From a virus, in the IMG/VR virus record IMGVR_UViG_3300027969_003844, positions 1 to 64,000 of that record: a stretch of DNA of 64,000 nt; one strand, 5' to 3'. The notes beneath the pieces are model-generated. The model made no database searches and had not been told where the DNA came from. It worked only from the letters and a program-made list of their open reading frames with translations. Position 1 is the first letter of the stretch. The number at the start of each line of letters is the position of its first letter. Positions 27,047 to 36,922 of the stretch are shown here, piece after piece. The position numbers were made by a program, and so were the translations under genes.

Positions 27047-27529
27047 TTAATATTTTGTTAACGTTTTTATACGCATATACCAATCTCTGCTGTCTGGTGG
27101 CAATGCATATAATTTAGGATTTTGAATAATCTTATAGTTTAGCGAGTTAATATCTAAATCTTCTCGCTTACCATCCATGCCAATGAATTTCCATTCTTGT
27201 GGTCCAGTAACATGTTCAATATCTTTAATAATAGTTATGATATTGTTATTGAGGCCAGGTAACCGTTTTAGTTCAATGTACACATGAAATTTGCCATCAT
27301 TATCGCTGGCATCACTTACTTCAACATCTGAAATACTATTACTAGGCGACCATTCTAAATACGCACCTAAATCTGTGGCTGCATCAAATGAGTCAACCTT
27401 GAATGCAACAACAACAGTATCAGCATCGTTTCCAATTTTAGGCTTGTAGCGATCAATTTCAACCAATGGGTTGACTAAATCAATCAATTCATTAATACGA
27501 AGATTTTCATTAAGTTGGTACTTCTTCAC
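27047..27529 (-). CDS. conserved-type phage protein (late region)
   Basis: GGAGG RBS and GTG start. Confidence 0.65.
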   Translation of the reverse strand: MKKYQLNENLRINELIDLVNPLVEIDRYKPKIGNDADTVVVAFKVDSFDAATDLGAYLEWSPSNSISDVEVSDASDNDGKFHVYIELKRLPGLNNNIITIIKDIEHVTGPQEWKFIGMDGKREDLDINSLNYKIIQNPKLYALPPDSRDWYMRIKTLTKY

Positions 27530-28043
27530 TTGGCACCTCCTCATTGTTTTCTAAACCCTGTTCTCCGTCAAGTTCCTCTTCATATGCAGATTCGATACTA
27601 TCATAATCAATATCGTCTGTGTCTTTGATGTCTTCACTTACATCTAGTAACGTTTTAGGAAATCTAATGTTTACTAACCAAACTTTCTTTTTTATACTCT
27701 TTGGTATGCGTTGTCCATCAACAGTACTAATAAGATCTTCGGGGCCGCTGACCTTAGAAAATGTTTCTAAAGTGTCTTCACCCATTTTAACCTTACAGCC
27801 GTTTTTAACAAGACGCATGGCTGCATCCGGATTTGGCATTAATTTATGTGGGTACATTAATGTACATTCTACCCAATGACGTTCTACAAATGGACCGTCG
27901 ACAATCTCACCTTTGATCCAATTTTCGTAGGCATATACATCCATACGATCCAGAACGCGGTCGATTTCAACTAGTGTGTCAATAACGTTAGGACTACGGT
28001 GTATTGTATCTAAGTTTTGATAAATGGTATGTTGTTTTAGCAT
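27510..28043 (-). CDS. conserved-type phage protein with acidic tail
   Basis: TAAATA just upstream; ORF track. Confidence 0.7.
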   Translation of the reverse strand: MLKQHTIYQNLDTIHRSPNVIDTLVEIDRVLDRMDVYAYENWIKGEIVDGPFVERHWVECTLMYPHKLMPNPDAAMRLVKNGCKVKMGEDTLETFSKVSGPEDLISTVDGQRIPKSIKKKVWLVNIRFPKTLLDVSEDIKDTDDIDYDSIESAYEEELDGEQGLENNEEVPSEEVPT

Positions 28044-28209
28044 GATAAGATATTTAGCCGATTAATGCCTTAACCGTAGCCAAGACAGTTCGATGGATTA
28101 AATACCTTTGGTTCAGCGATGAATCTTAACCCAAAAGTTGGGTTGAGTCTTATATATTGCAAAATTTATTAAAATCAGCCCAACAATATTATTATTGTAG
28201 AGGAGCAAG

Positions 28210-28971
28210 ATGAGAAACAAGCAACGACGAGTCCCTCAGCAGGACCGGAAAGCGGCGTTCAATGGTAACGCGGTCATCGATTTAAATCATTTCAGAGACA
28301 CTGACACTAACACTAAACCCTCCAAGTATAAACGAGTTGAAATTACGCCACGTAATTTGCGCCAAGAAGACTATTTGGCACACTTAGAAAATCCACAAAA
28401 AGACATGGTGTTTGCACTAGGACCCGCAGGAACTGGTAAAACACTATTGGCCACATTGTGGGCAGTGAAGCAATTAAAATCGGGCGAAATTGACAGAATT
28501 GTTGTAACTCGACCAGCAGTTAGTGTAGACGAACAGCATGGTTTTTTACCTGGTGATTTAATGAGTAAAATGGCTCCTTGGACGAGACCGGTATTTGATG
28601 TATTTCGAGAATATTGGAACAATAAACAAATTGAATCAATGATTACCGAAGGCATTATCGAAGTTGCACCATTGGCCTACATGCGCGGTCGTACATTTAC
28701 TCGTAGCGTTGTTATTGCAGATGAAATGCAAAATGCAACACCTAGTCAGATGAAAATGTTACTAACACGTATTGGTGATGGCAGTAAGTTTATTATTACT
28801 GGAGATCTTGATCAGCACGATCGTGGATATGAACACAACGGTTTAAAAGACTTCATGGAAAAACTTTTAGACAGCAACAGAGCAAACAGGCTGACTGTTG
28901 TCAAGTTTGAATTGAATCACGTTGAGCGTCATCCTGCGGTAGCACAGGTACTTGGAATTTACCAAGAATAA
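28210..28971 (+). CDS. phoH: PhoH family ATPase
   Basis: GPAGTGKT, GFLPG, YMRGRTF, DEMQN, TGD..Q.D. Confidence 0.93.
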   Translation: MRNKQRRVPQQDRKAAFNGNAVIDLNHFRDTDTNTKPSKYKRVEITPRNLRQEDYLAHLENPQKDMVFALGPAGTGKTLLATLWAVKQLKSGEIDRIVVTRPAVSVDEQHGFLPGDLMSKMAPWTRPVFDVFREYWNNKQIESMITEGIIEVAPLAYMRGRTFTRSVVIADEMQNATPSQMKMLLTRIGDGSKFIITGDLDQHDRGYEHNGLKDFMEKLLDSNRANRLTVVKFELNHVERHPAVAQVLGIYQE

Positions 28972-28977
28972 TACCAA

Positions 28978-29006
28978 TAAAGTAGGGGAGAATCTCCCCT
29001 ACTTTT
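28978..29006. terminator. bidirectional intrinsic terminator
   Basis: aaaagtagggga-gaatc-tcccctactttt. Confidence 0.85.
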
Positions 29007-29025
29007 AGATGTCAACGCCTTTATA

Positions 29026-29637
29026 TCAATTATTAATGATGTTGTAAATTTCTGCCCAGTTATGTACCCTAGAAACAGCACCAGCGTACTTTTGATTATG
29101 TGGATTATCCATTAGCAATGGTTGTAGACCAAATTTAAATCCTAGTTCGGCATTCTTGGGCTTGTCTTCGATCCAAAAAAATCCACTGTCTGTATATTTA
29201 GAAAGTTGATCTCCCTTATCGCCATGCAATGGAAGAATGTATAATTCATCAACAACACCGTCGCCAAACACTTTTTCAAAGTTGGCCATACGTAGTCCGT
29301 ATGTGCGAGGATCCTGTCCAGCAGTGGTGATGGTAATAATTTTCCAACCTTCTGTACTAAGACGACGAAGATATTCGACACTGTCTCTCCAGGAGCCTAG
29401 ATCACCAAATGCATCACTGGCATTGAACCTAGCAATCATGTTGGTACCTTCTTCGTAGGTTACATTAAATTGCTTGCTAATGTCATATTCGTTTTCTAAA
29501 CCAACAACTCTAGTAAAGCCATTGTCTTTTGCCCATTGTACAAATCCAGCTTCCCAGTCTAATATAACTCCATCAACATCAGTTAGTAGTACTTTTTCCA
29601 CAATAATTTCCTTTATTTTCATTCTACCTATGTTCAA
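29026..29637 (-). CDS. HAD-family 5'(3')-deoxyribonucleotidase-like
   Basis: TDVDGV, WIEDK, PHN. Confidence 0.8.
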   Translation of the reverse strand: MNIGRMKIKEIIVEKVLLTDVDGVILDWEAGFVQWAKDNGFTRVVGLENEYDISKQFNVTYEEGTNMIARFNASDAFGDLGSWRDSVEYLRRLSTEGWKIITITTAGQDPRTYGLRMANFEKVFGDGVVDELYILPLHGDKGDQLSKYTDSGFFWIEDKPKNAELGFKFGLQPLLMDNPHNQKYAGAVSRVHNWAEIYNIINN

Positions 29638-30560
29638 GACCCACGAGTAAGTCTCTCTAGTTCCACAAACGTGGCACTTAGATTAATTTCTGGGTCTGCG
29701 GCAAGCCCGTGATTTACCATGCCTTTGCGTATTAATAGCAATGCCTGGTCTTGTATGTCTTCATTGCTACCCCAAAGATCTAAATTACGATACATGAAAC
29801 GATACATATCATCATATTCTTCTAATGTAATTTGTTTAATAATTAAATTACGTGCTTCTCGAATGCGTCCTTGTCGGAATAAATCTACCATGGCAAGTTT
29901 ATAATCACTTTCTGAGTCATCAACTTTTGGTGCATCTAACTTGCCACTTGTGCTACGCATTTGTACCGTATTAATTGCCTTGCGAAGATCAGGATAGCAT
30001 GCCTTAACATACATTTGCAATGTATCAGCGTCAAGGTCTACCCCTTCAGTAACTAAGATTTCTGCCAAACGACGGGTAAAGTCTGTTTCATCTAATGTTC
30101 TAAAAGATATTGACTGTAACCGACTGTGCAATGCTGGAATAATTTTATTAGGATAGTTACATGTCAGAATGAATCGCACGCCTTCATGATACTGTTCAAG
30201 CATACCACGTAAGATACCCTGTGCTGGTGGGGTAATGTAATCAGCTTCATCCAGTAGCACTACCTTAAAAGGTCCCATTGCCATTGTGCTACAGAAATTA
30301 TTAATTTTGTTACGCAGGAAGTCTACGCCATTGTCGCGACTTGCGTTAATGTGCATAAACTCACCTGGGTCAATGCCTAGTTCATTGACAAGAACCTTAG
30401 CAAGTGTAGTCTTTCCTGCACCTGCTTGTCCAGCTAATAGCAAGTGAGGAATGTATTGGTCTTTGACCCAAGTTTGGACCATGTGCTTTTGATCATTGTC
30501 AATCCAAACATAATCGTCAACAGATGCTGGACGATATTTCTCAACCCATAACTCTTTCAT
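29634..30560 (-). CDS. clamp loader subunit (RFC-small/T4 gp44-like)
   Basis: LWVEKYRP, GAGKTT, LLDEAD, LHSRL. Confidence 0.9.
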   Translation of the reverse strand: MKELWVEKYRPASVDDYVWIDNDQKHMVQTWVKDQYIPHLLLAGQAGAGKTTLAKVLVNELGIDPGEFMHINASRDNGVDFLRNKINNFCSTMAMGPFKVVLLDEADYITPPAQGILRGMLEQYHEGVRFILTCNYPNKIIPALHSRLQSISFRTLDETDFTRRLAEILVTEGVDLDADTLQMYVKACYPDLRKAINTVQMRSTSGKLDAPKVDDSESDYKLAMVDLFRQGRIREARNLIIKQITLEEYDDMYRFMYRNLDLWGSNEDIQDQALLLIRKGMVNHGLAADPEINLSATFVELERLTRGS

Positions 30561-30624
30561 ATTAATCCTTTATCGCAAATATAGTAATACTATAACAGAA
30601 TGCCGTTACTGGTGTCAAGCAGAA

Positions 30625-30795
30625 TTACGGTTTCTTTTCTTCAATTGGAATAGTTGCGGTAGATTTTATCAGTGAGGTATGATGTTCAACCGATTGCTCT
30701 GTGGCAGGTTTGGTAAATTTTGATAATGTGACTTCCCCGGCGTGCCACCCAAAAAATGTAAAAAATCCAGCAATAAAATATCCTAAAATCATCAT
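30625..30795 (-). CDS. small membrane protein (not in ORF track)
   Basis: MMILGYFIAGFFTFFGW..., TAATG coupling. Confidence 0.5.
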   Translation of the reverse strand: MMILGYFIAGFFTFFGWHAGEVTLSKFTKPATEQSVEHHTSLIKSTATIPIEEKKP

Positions 30796-30995
30796 TACCA
30801 GCTTTCAACGTCGGTAATATCTATTTTAGTATTAGATTCTGTTTTATCAGAAAACACGGTAAATTTTACATTGACTGTGGCTCCAATTCCTGATTCGGAA
30901 GTTGAGGTAATTACGTAAAGATCAACCTCTTTGAATTGATTAGCAATTGTAGCAAGTTCTTTTATTTGCTTACGAGTTAGTGTTAGTTCAGTCAT
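30795..30995 (-). CDS. hypothetical protein
   Basis: ORF track, coupled. Confidence 0.65.
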   Translation of the reverse strand: MTELTLTRKQIKELATIANQFKEVDLYVITSTSESGIGATVNVKFTVFSDKTESNTKIDITDVESW

Positions 30996-31213
30996 TTGAC
31001 ACCTGATAGTTTTGAAAGTACTACTTCTTCTTTATGATCTTGTATAAATTCGTCTTCGCCTACAAATGTTGGGCATTTGATTAATGCATCCTCAACTTGC
31101 CATAGTAATTGATACAACCGCTTTTTATATTCAAATTGCACATAGCCAGTTAAATTACCATCACATGCTCGCATAGTAAGATCATGAATATGAGTACTTG
31201 GGTCTTTATACAC
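30992..31213 (-). CDS. hypothetical protein
   Basis: ORF track, coupled. Confidence 0.65.
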   Translation of the reverse strand: MYKDPSTHIHDLTMRACDGNLTGYVQFEYKKRLYQLLWQVEDALIKCPTFVGEDEFIQDHKEEVVLSKLSGVK

Positions 31214-31343
31214 GATTAAAAAATGATTTAATTAGATTATAAAACTTAAAATCTTGTAACAGAGGAGTATGCATTGGACAACGTCCTTGTCTCCAGTCAC
31301 ATGCAGGGGAATATGTTTTCTTACAAGTATTACAGTTCATCTG
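31206..31343 (-). CDS. small Cys-rich protein (CxxC...C...C)
   Basis: MNCNTCKKTYSPACDWRQGRCP. Confidence 0.5.
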   Translation of the reverse strand, partial: QMNCNTCKKTYSPACDWRQGRCPMHTPLLQDFKFYNLIKSFFNRV

Positions 31344-31641
31344 GTTGGTCATCAGTGACAAGTAATACTTCTTCGTTATCCAAATGCACAAGCTTCAGTG
31401 TTTCACCGTTGTGTTCACATTCAAACTGGCGACTCCAACGTCCGTGTGCAACCAAAACATATTGTCCCGGTTGTACCCAATCGATTCCTTCACCTACCAA
31501 ACGAATTTTTGCCCAGCGCGGACGTACTCCGTGATCTTTACCGTTGTCAGATTTTAAAATAATTCCACCAACAGTGACTCGTTCTTCTAATCCTAGTAAT
31601 TCTGCTAAAATGCGCTTTGGCAATGGTTTAATAGTTTTCAT
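31330..31641 (-). CDS. GroES-like co-chaperonin
   Basis: IKPL...TVGGIIL...VG.G...V.PG..VL. Confidence 0.8.
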   Translation of the reverse strand: MKTIKPLPKRILAELLGLEERVTVGGIILKSDNGKDHGVRPRWAKIRLVGEGIDWVQPGQYVLVAHGRWSRQFECEHNGETLKLVHLDNEEVLLVTDDQPDEL

Positions 31642-32021
31642 TTTTCTTCCTGTTTGTTAATATTAATAACTTCAATGCTACCATCAGCATATTCTACTTC
31701 TGTTGCAGGCCCAGTTGGAGTATCAATGGTCTTAGTTGCCACGACTGATGAAGCAAAATCAGTTTCAACAGGATTATGTTTTACAGGACTTAGATTATCG
31801 TCTGCCTTTAAACTAACCTTTTGGCTTTCGTTGTTTTTAATGTTAGAAGTTGCTCTAGAAATAGTTTGACTAGGAATTCTAACATTGCCCCTGGCATCAA
31901 TGATGTCACCACGGCCATTCATTGGTACATTACTAACGGCTCGCGTGTCTCCGTTCTGATCTGCAAACGCGGCCATATTAAATTCTTTACCGCGATGTGT
32001 TTTATACCTAGCATTTGTCAT
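31638..32021 (-). CDS. hypothetical protein
   Basis: ORF track, coupled. Confidence 0.7.
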   Translation of the reverse strand: MTNARYKTHRGKEFNMAAFADQNGDTRAVSNVPMNGRGDIIDARGNVRIPSQTISRATSNIKNNESQKVSLKADDNLSPVKHNPVETDFASSVVATKTIDTPTGPATEVEYADGSIEVININKQEEK

Positions 32022-32482
32022 CTAATAAATTCCTCTATTCCTAGTTTATACTTAATCGGATTAATCTGGTGTAGTCCTGCCAAAAATAATAGATACGAGC
32101 TAACCGAACTACCTCGTCCTACTCCCCATACAATCTTATTATCTTTTAATAATTGAACCAAATAAATCATAAAACGCAACACCGGAATCAGTCCTCTTTC
32201 AGCAAACAGCTCTAATTCTAGTGCTACACGTTCTGCCTCTTCTAATGTTGAAATGCGTTCAGCAAAATATAGTTCTAAATCTAAAGCTTGGTAATATTCT
32301 GGCATTGCCCAATGTGCAACTGCTGTTTCTGGCGCAGGTACTTCAGAAATAGAAAACAGTGGATTAATATTAAGCTTCTTACAACCTTCAAAATAATGTG
32401 TAAGAGATTCAATTTCAACTGTTAAGGGTCCTGCTTTATCTTGATACAATAACTCAACCAAGTCTGTGTCTTTCAAAATCAT
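32018..32482 (-). CDS. DnaE (Pol III alpha)-like fragment
   Basis: RV..EL...IVWGVGRGSSVSSYLLFL.G...INPIKYKL. Confidence 0.8.
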   Translation of the reverse strand: MILKDTDLVELLYQDKAGPLTVEIESLTHYFEGCKKLNINPLFSISEVPAPETAVAHWAMPEYYQALDLELYFAERISTLEEAERVALELELFAERGLIPVLRFMIYLVQLLKDNKIVWGVGRGSSVSSYLLFLAGLHQINPIKYKLGIEEFIR

Positions 32483-32491
32483 ATCCGTGTG

Positions 32492-32716
32492 TTAAACAAT
32501 ACTGTCTTTAAAAGGATCATCATCTTTGTTGGCATCAAAGGATTTTTTATAACCCATCTCCCACATTGCGTGTCGAATTGCTTCAATATGACCTAGCAAT
32601 TGATTTACCACTTGCTGACTAGCACCAACAGAATATGCCGTATTGTACTTTTTATGAAGCTCTGCCTGTTTGGCCATAAGCTCGTCAAATGTCATTGAGT
32701 AATAGTGTGAATACAT
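32492..32716 (-). CDS. hypothetical protein
   Basis: ORF track. Confidence 0.6.
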   Translation of the reverse strand: MYSHYYSMTFDELMAKQAELHKKYNTAYSVGASQQVVNQLLGHIEAIRHAMWEMGYKKSFDANKDDDPFKDSIV

Positions 32717-32718
32717 GA

Positions 32719-33057
32719 TCAGTAAGGATTAAAACTACTGCCACATCCACATGATGTTTGGGCATTTGGGTTATCAATAACAAAACGTGAACCTGTTAAG
32801 TCGTCCTTAAAGTCAATGGTAGCACTTGATAGATATTGCATACTCATTGAGTCAATGATTACACTAACTCCGTTCTGTTCAAATGTAAAGTCGTCTTCGT
32901 TTACATCTTCGTCAAATGTGAAGCCGTATTCCATACCTGAACAGCCTCCACCTTGCACAAAAATACGTAGTGCTTTTCCTGCTAACTCTGCATCTTGATT
33001 TGCAATGTTTTTAATTTGTGAAAATGCAGAATCTGTAATGTTTACTGAACCATTCAT
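32719..33057 (-). CDS. erpA: A-type Fe-S carrier ErpA/IscA
   Basis: [16 protein letters not shown]...CGCGSSF. Confidence 0.9.
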   Translation of the reverse strand: MNGSVNITDSAFSQIKNIANQDAELAGKALRIFVQGGGCSGMEYGFTFDEDVNEDDFTFEQNGVSVIIDSMSMQYLSSATIDFKDDLTGSRFVIDNPNAQTSCGCGSSFNPY

Positions 33058-33058
33058 A

Positions 33059-33277
33059 TTATGACCTTATGATAATTTTAATTAACTCTTCTTTGCTCTT
33101 TCTGGAGTTGAAGCTAATGTCATACTTATGTGCATAAGCAATAACTTCTTTCTTCGTGAGCGTATTTAAATGTTCTTCACTGTGTCGAGGACCCACTGTA
33201 ATAGTTTCACTGACTACCGCATCATTGACATCAACTTGTTTACCTAAAAACGATTTAATATTATTCATGATATCCAT
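33059..33277 (-). CDS. small protein with Rho-N/HeH-like C-terminus
   Basis: [10 protein letters not shown]...KSKEELI. Confidence 0.5.
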   Translation of the reverse strand: MDIMNNIKSFLGKQVDVNDAVVSETITVGPRHSEEHLNTLTKKEVIAYAHKYDISFNSRKSKEELIKIIIRS

Positions 33278-33540
33278 TTCAAATCTGAATTAGTAGTTTC
33301 TAATGATAGTTCTTCTACAAATGCTTCTTCTTTGCTTTCAAATAAGAGAAAAGGAGCGGAGTGTGCTTCATTGGTATAAAATCCCCAACCTACCCACCTT
33401 TTGCATCTTTCACTTAAATTGTCTATTAACTCAAAAGGAACACCATCTAGGGGTAATCCAATGGCCCACACTTGATCTGGTCTATCAAACTGGCATTGAC
33501 TATACGACTGATCTAGCGAGGACAATTGGATATATTTCAT
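33265..33540 (-). CDS. hypothetical protein
   Basis: ORF track. Confidence 0.55.
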   Translation of the reverse strand: MKYIQLSSLDQSYSQCQFDRPDQVWAIGLPLDGVPFELIDNLSERCKRWVGWGFYTNEAHSAPFLLFESKEEAFVEELSLETTNSDLKWIS

Positions 33541-34056
33541 TTAGCCTTCGTAAGTAGCAGAGTTGGCACCATGCTCAAATACTTCAACTGATTTAATTTT
33601 TACAGTTGGATTGATTGGATATCGCATGTCACCGCTTGCAAGTAATTCTGCCATCTTATCATAACACAGCTTGGCAAACATTTCACACCCTACACCAGGC
33701 ACAATTCTTAAATCACACAAGGCGCCGCGCTCATATGGGACTGTGCTTTCTGGATTAGGTGAGCCCATGTTAACAATACTATTCATTTCTTTGAAGAATG
33801 CCAACATTGGATCGTCTTCGGCAACTACCAAAGTATGGTCAAACATGTAGTCTGCCCAGGCTTTGAATTCTTTAAGTCCACCAAAGTCCATGCACCAGTT
33901 TTTATCGTCTAATGTATCGCATTCAAATACAAGCTTGATGCCAATTGAATATCCATGCAAAGTTGAGCAATGCGAGTGTGATGCTCTCCACTGCCTAAAA
34001 CAGCATGATAAGCCGCGATCGTTTCCGTAAGTTTTTGTTGAGTAAAATTTTGCCAT
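33541..34056 (-). CDS. queD: 6-carboxytetrahydropterin synthase (QueD/PTPS family)
   Basis: SHCSTLHGY, MDFG, FDH, GCE, V.VFE; AAGGAG before ATG 34056. Confidence 0.85.
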   Translation of the reverse strand: MAKFYSTKTYGNDRGLSCCFRQWRASHSHCSTLHGYSIGIKLVFECDTLDDKNWCMDFGGLKEFKAWADYMFDHTLVVAEDDPMLAFFKEMNSIVNMGSPNPESTVPYERGALCDLRIVPGVGCEMFAKLCYDKMAELLASGDMRYPINPTVKIKSVEVFEHGANSATYEG

Positions 34057-34080
34057 TGTTATCTCCTTTAGATTTAGCAA

Positions 34081-34122
34081 TGACGGCAGAGTTTATTAAT
34101 CGGGATGACGCCTGAGACCGAT
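34081..34122 (-). promoter_or_regulatory. candidate riboswitch-like pseudoknot in the queD leader
   Basis: AUCGG/CCGAU stem, loop GGC pairing with tail GCC after an A-rich linker. Confidence 0.5.
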
Positions 34123-34140
34123 ACAGTATATATCATGAAT

Positions 34141-34734
34141 TTATCTTGATGGTAACTCGTTAATGCCAAGACTAGAAAAGGCACGTTGTACTCCGACTAC
34201 CTGGCTCCAGCAGTCCCATAGCGCATGATGGGCGGCAGTTCGAGGACGTTCCAGTCCCGGCACCAATGCATACAGTGTACGTGCATCACGAGCTTGCCAG
34301 TAATTCCATGCAACACCTCGCTTGAGTTCTCGGCTAAAATGTTCTAGAATATTCAAGTCAAAGCCAGTACCATTAGCCCAAATAGCGTCAACTCCACCAC
34401 ACCACTTATGAAAGTCACGTAAGACTTCGGCCAACGGTTGACGATCTTCTTCAGCAAATGCTTCAGCTCTTACTTCTTCGCTTTGTTTACTCCACCATTC
34501 AAGTGTAGCATCATCAATAACATGGTCAGTGCCTTCAAAGCTTTCAAAGCTTAGACGACGATAAAAGCTGTCCATCTTATTTGGACCATTTAATACACTA
34601 TCATCTGCCCAGGGGTTGAAACGAACAGCACCGATAGTAAGCATTAGACTATTTGGTTTTGTTCCCAATGTTTCCAAGTCAACCATAACGTGATTGCCAG
34701 GATTATCAAAATTAAACATCTTGTTTTGCATCAT
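34141..34734 (-). CDS. DEDDh 3'-5' exonuclease (Rv2179c/exo VIII-like)
   Basis: MVDLETLG, WANG..FD, RDART, HHALWD. Confidence 0.85.
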   Translation of the reverse strand: MMQNKMFNFDNPGNHVMVDLETLGTKPNSLMLTIGAVRFNPWADDSVLNGPNKMDSFYRRLSFESFEGTDHVIDDATLEWWSKQSEEVRAEAFAEEDRQPLAEVLRDFHKWCGGVDAIWANGTGFDLNILEHFSRELKRGVAWNYWQARDARTLYALVPGLERPRTAAHHALWDCWSQVVGVQRAFSSLGINELPSR

Positions 34735-34897
34735 TGGTAACTTCTTTCTTTGTTAACGACCAAGAGCCATCTTTGTTGTCAATCCAAGTTAATGTATCAC
34801 CAGATTGCCATCCTTGCATCTCTAAGAGATCTGGTGGTAAAGGTAGAAGAAGATCGCCAGTGTCAGGATCTTCTTCTACTGTAATAGTCCATTTCAT
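34712..34897 (-). CDS. AbrB/MazE-like small protein
   Basis: LLLPLP.D....GW..GDTL.W. Confidence 0.6.
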   Translation of the reverse strand: MKWTITVEEDPDTGDLLLPLPPDLLEMQGWQSGDTLTWIDNKDGSWSLTKKEVTNDAKQDV

Positions 34898-35106
34898 GAT
34901 AGTAATCCGGCAGCAAGAGTTTTAATCTCGTCTTCCGTTAAGAAGTAATTGTACACGCTAGAAATGTATACATCACCATTTGTATCAAGTGATTCTTGCA
35001 GAAAGTCAACACTGTATAAAGTGTCCGGGTTCATGCATTTCTTTACTTTAACAGTTAGTTTAAAGGCAACTTCGTCTTTAACTACAAATTCTTTATCAGT
35101 AATCAT
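34894..35106 (-). CDS. hypothetical protein
   Basis: ORF track, coupled. Confidence 0.6.
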   Translation of the reverse strand: MITDKEFVVKDEVAFKLTVKVKKCMNPDTLYSVDFLQESLDTNGDVYISSVYNYFLTEDEIKTLAAGLLS

Positions 35107-35324
35107 TTTATTGTATTTCCATTAAAATCTACGTTTGAAAGTATATGAGGATTTTCTTTTGCAAAACTTTCAAGTTCGTATGTGTTAGGATAATGTCGCA
35201 TAATCCAACGTGCTCGATCTCTGATCGCACCAGGAACCCTAGGGGTTACTTGTGGTATCAATAAATCCTCAATTAGTTTTAAGCCTTCTACCATTGCACG
35301 GTAGCGTTCATCTGGCATTGTCAT
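35103..35324 (-). CDS. hypothetical protein (MTMPDER...RHYP)
   Basis: RBS, ORF track. Confidence 0.7.
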   Translation of the reverse strand: MTMPDERYRAMVEGLKLIEDLLIPQVTPRVPGAIRDRARWIMRHYPNTYELESFAKENPHILSNVDFNGNTIK

Positions 35325-35391
35325 TTAATGACCCCTCGTTTTCTTAAGTATAATAGTATTTGTCTTTAAATGCAATACCATATTTGACCTT

Positions 35392-36237
35392 TTATGTCCA
35401 TAAACTATCTCTTGCTTTAATTAAGCGGATCATCATGGCTTCGTCTTCTTTTTCATAAGCGGCTTCAATCTTTTGTAGCAGTTTGTGAGCCTTATCTTGT
35501 GCTTTTTTAAGTGCAGGATCTGTGGGAGTACTAAAACTCAGCTTGCCACCATTGGCAATACGACTTGCTTCGCATGCCTCAGTCCATCCACTGGCATCAT
35601 AAGGATCGGGACGATTAGGATAAACAGTGGTCCACCATGTGTACAGTTCTTTGATTTCTTTTGCACGGATGGCTTGACCAGTAGGCTTACCATGATTAGG
35701 ATCAGTTTCTTCCACTCCCCAGTCTGTTCCCATTGTTAAGGTCATTGCCCAGTCAAGATGATCAAGACCTGCTTGGGGACAACGCCATGTGCGCCAGCGG
35801 AACCAACCACTTGCCCAAAATGGAGCATTGTACTTTGCTCGGTCTTCTTTACTGCCCCACGCAATATGGCTCCATGCTTGTTCTACTTCAACAAAATCAA
35901 CCAGCTCATTGAATAAGCAAGGCAAAAAGCGGTTCCCCACGTCGCACCATTGACCCGGTTTAATATCCCGGGCATGAGCGGTAAGACCATGAGTACGAGT
36001 AACCCAACGGTTGTTAATGTAGTATTTGATATCATATATTTTCCTTACAGGCCATGTTACGAAATCTTGGATGTAACCTAGACCTTCTTCGGCTAACCAG
36101 TATCGAAAGTTGTGTTTCATTTGTGCCTGGGTTGTCCAGTCATCCCATTCTTCACTTGTGCCGGCACTGAGCTTTTTAGTGCCACGAAGCCAGTCTGCAA
36201 AAGGACTGCAACTCCAATATCTTGAATGATGTGCCAT
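35392..36237 (-). CDS. conserved-type phage protein, Trp-rich
   Basis: ORF track; likely start MAHHS. Confidence 0.7.
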   Translation of the reverse strand: MAHHSRYWSCSPFADWLRGTKKLSAGTSEEWDDWTTQAQMKHNFRYWLAEEGLGYIQDFVTWPVRKIYDIKYYINNRWVTRTHGLTAHARDIKPGQWCDVGNRFLPCLFNELVDFVEVEQAWSHIAWGSKEDRAKYNAPFWASGWFRWRTWRCPQAGLDHLDWAMTLTMGTDWGVEETDPNHGKPTGQAIRAKEIKELYTWWTTVYPNRPDPYDASGWTEACEASRIANGGKLSFSTPTDPALKKAQDKAHKLLQKIEAAYEKEDEAMMIRLIKARDSLWT

Positions 36238-36238
36238 T

Positions 36239-36910
36239 TTATTTTCTGTCGCCAAACAGTTGTAGTAAGTTTAAGAACAAGTTGATAAAGTTCATGTACA
36301 GTGAAAGTGCTCCAAAGATTTCTTCCCTACCAGTTTCTGTATCATGTGAAACAATTTCACGAATACTTTGCGTATCGTATGCAGTTAGTCCCATGAAGAT
36401 AATGATAGCTAATGCACTAATGACCATTTGCATTACTGTGCTACCAATAAAAATATTAATGATGCTGGCAATCACAATAGCAATAAGTCCAACAAACATC
36501 ATTTGACCAAGTGAGCTTAAATCTTTCTTGGTAAAGTATCCGTAAGCACTCATGGTACCAAATAACACTGCCGCACCCATAAAGGCTGTAAAGATACTGC
36601 CCATTGTGAATACTGCAAAGATTGTAGCAAAACTCAAGCCCATTAATGCGGCAAAGCCATGCAAGAATACTTGTAATCCACCTTTGCCCAAGTTATCAGA
36701 AGCAAATGTAAGACCAAGCATTGCCACCAATGGTGCAAACATTACAATCCATTTCATTACACCAGTAAAAAAGAACTCTAGTAGTTCTGGTGTAGTACCT
36801 ACCAAGTAACTGACAATCATGCTGGTAACAACTGCCAGGCTCATGTGTCCATATACACGGCCCATAGCTTCATTGATACCACTGGCTGAACGATAAGTTG
36901 TTGCGTACAT
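36239..36910 (-). CDS. Bax inhibitor-1/YccA family membrane protein
   Basis: 7 TM; TAYDTQ.I, GALSLY..FINLF. Confidence 0.9.
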   Translation of the reverse strand: MYATTYRSASGINEAMGRVYGHMSLAVVTSMIVSYLVGTTPELLEFFFTGVMKWIVMFAPLVAMLGLTFASDNLGKGGLQVFLHGFAALMGLSFATIFAVFTMGSIFTAFMGAAVLFGTMSAYGYFTKKDLSSLGQMMFVGLIAIVIASIINIFIGSTVMQMVISALAIIIFMGLTAYDTQSIREIVSHDTETGREEIFGALSLYMNFINLFLNLLQLFGDRK

Positions 36911-36922
36911 TTCAATCCCCTT

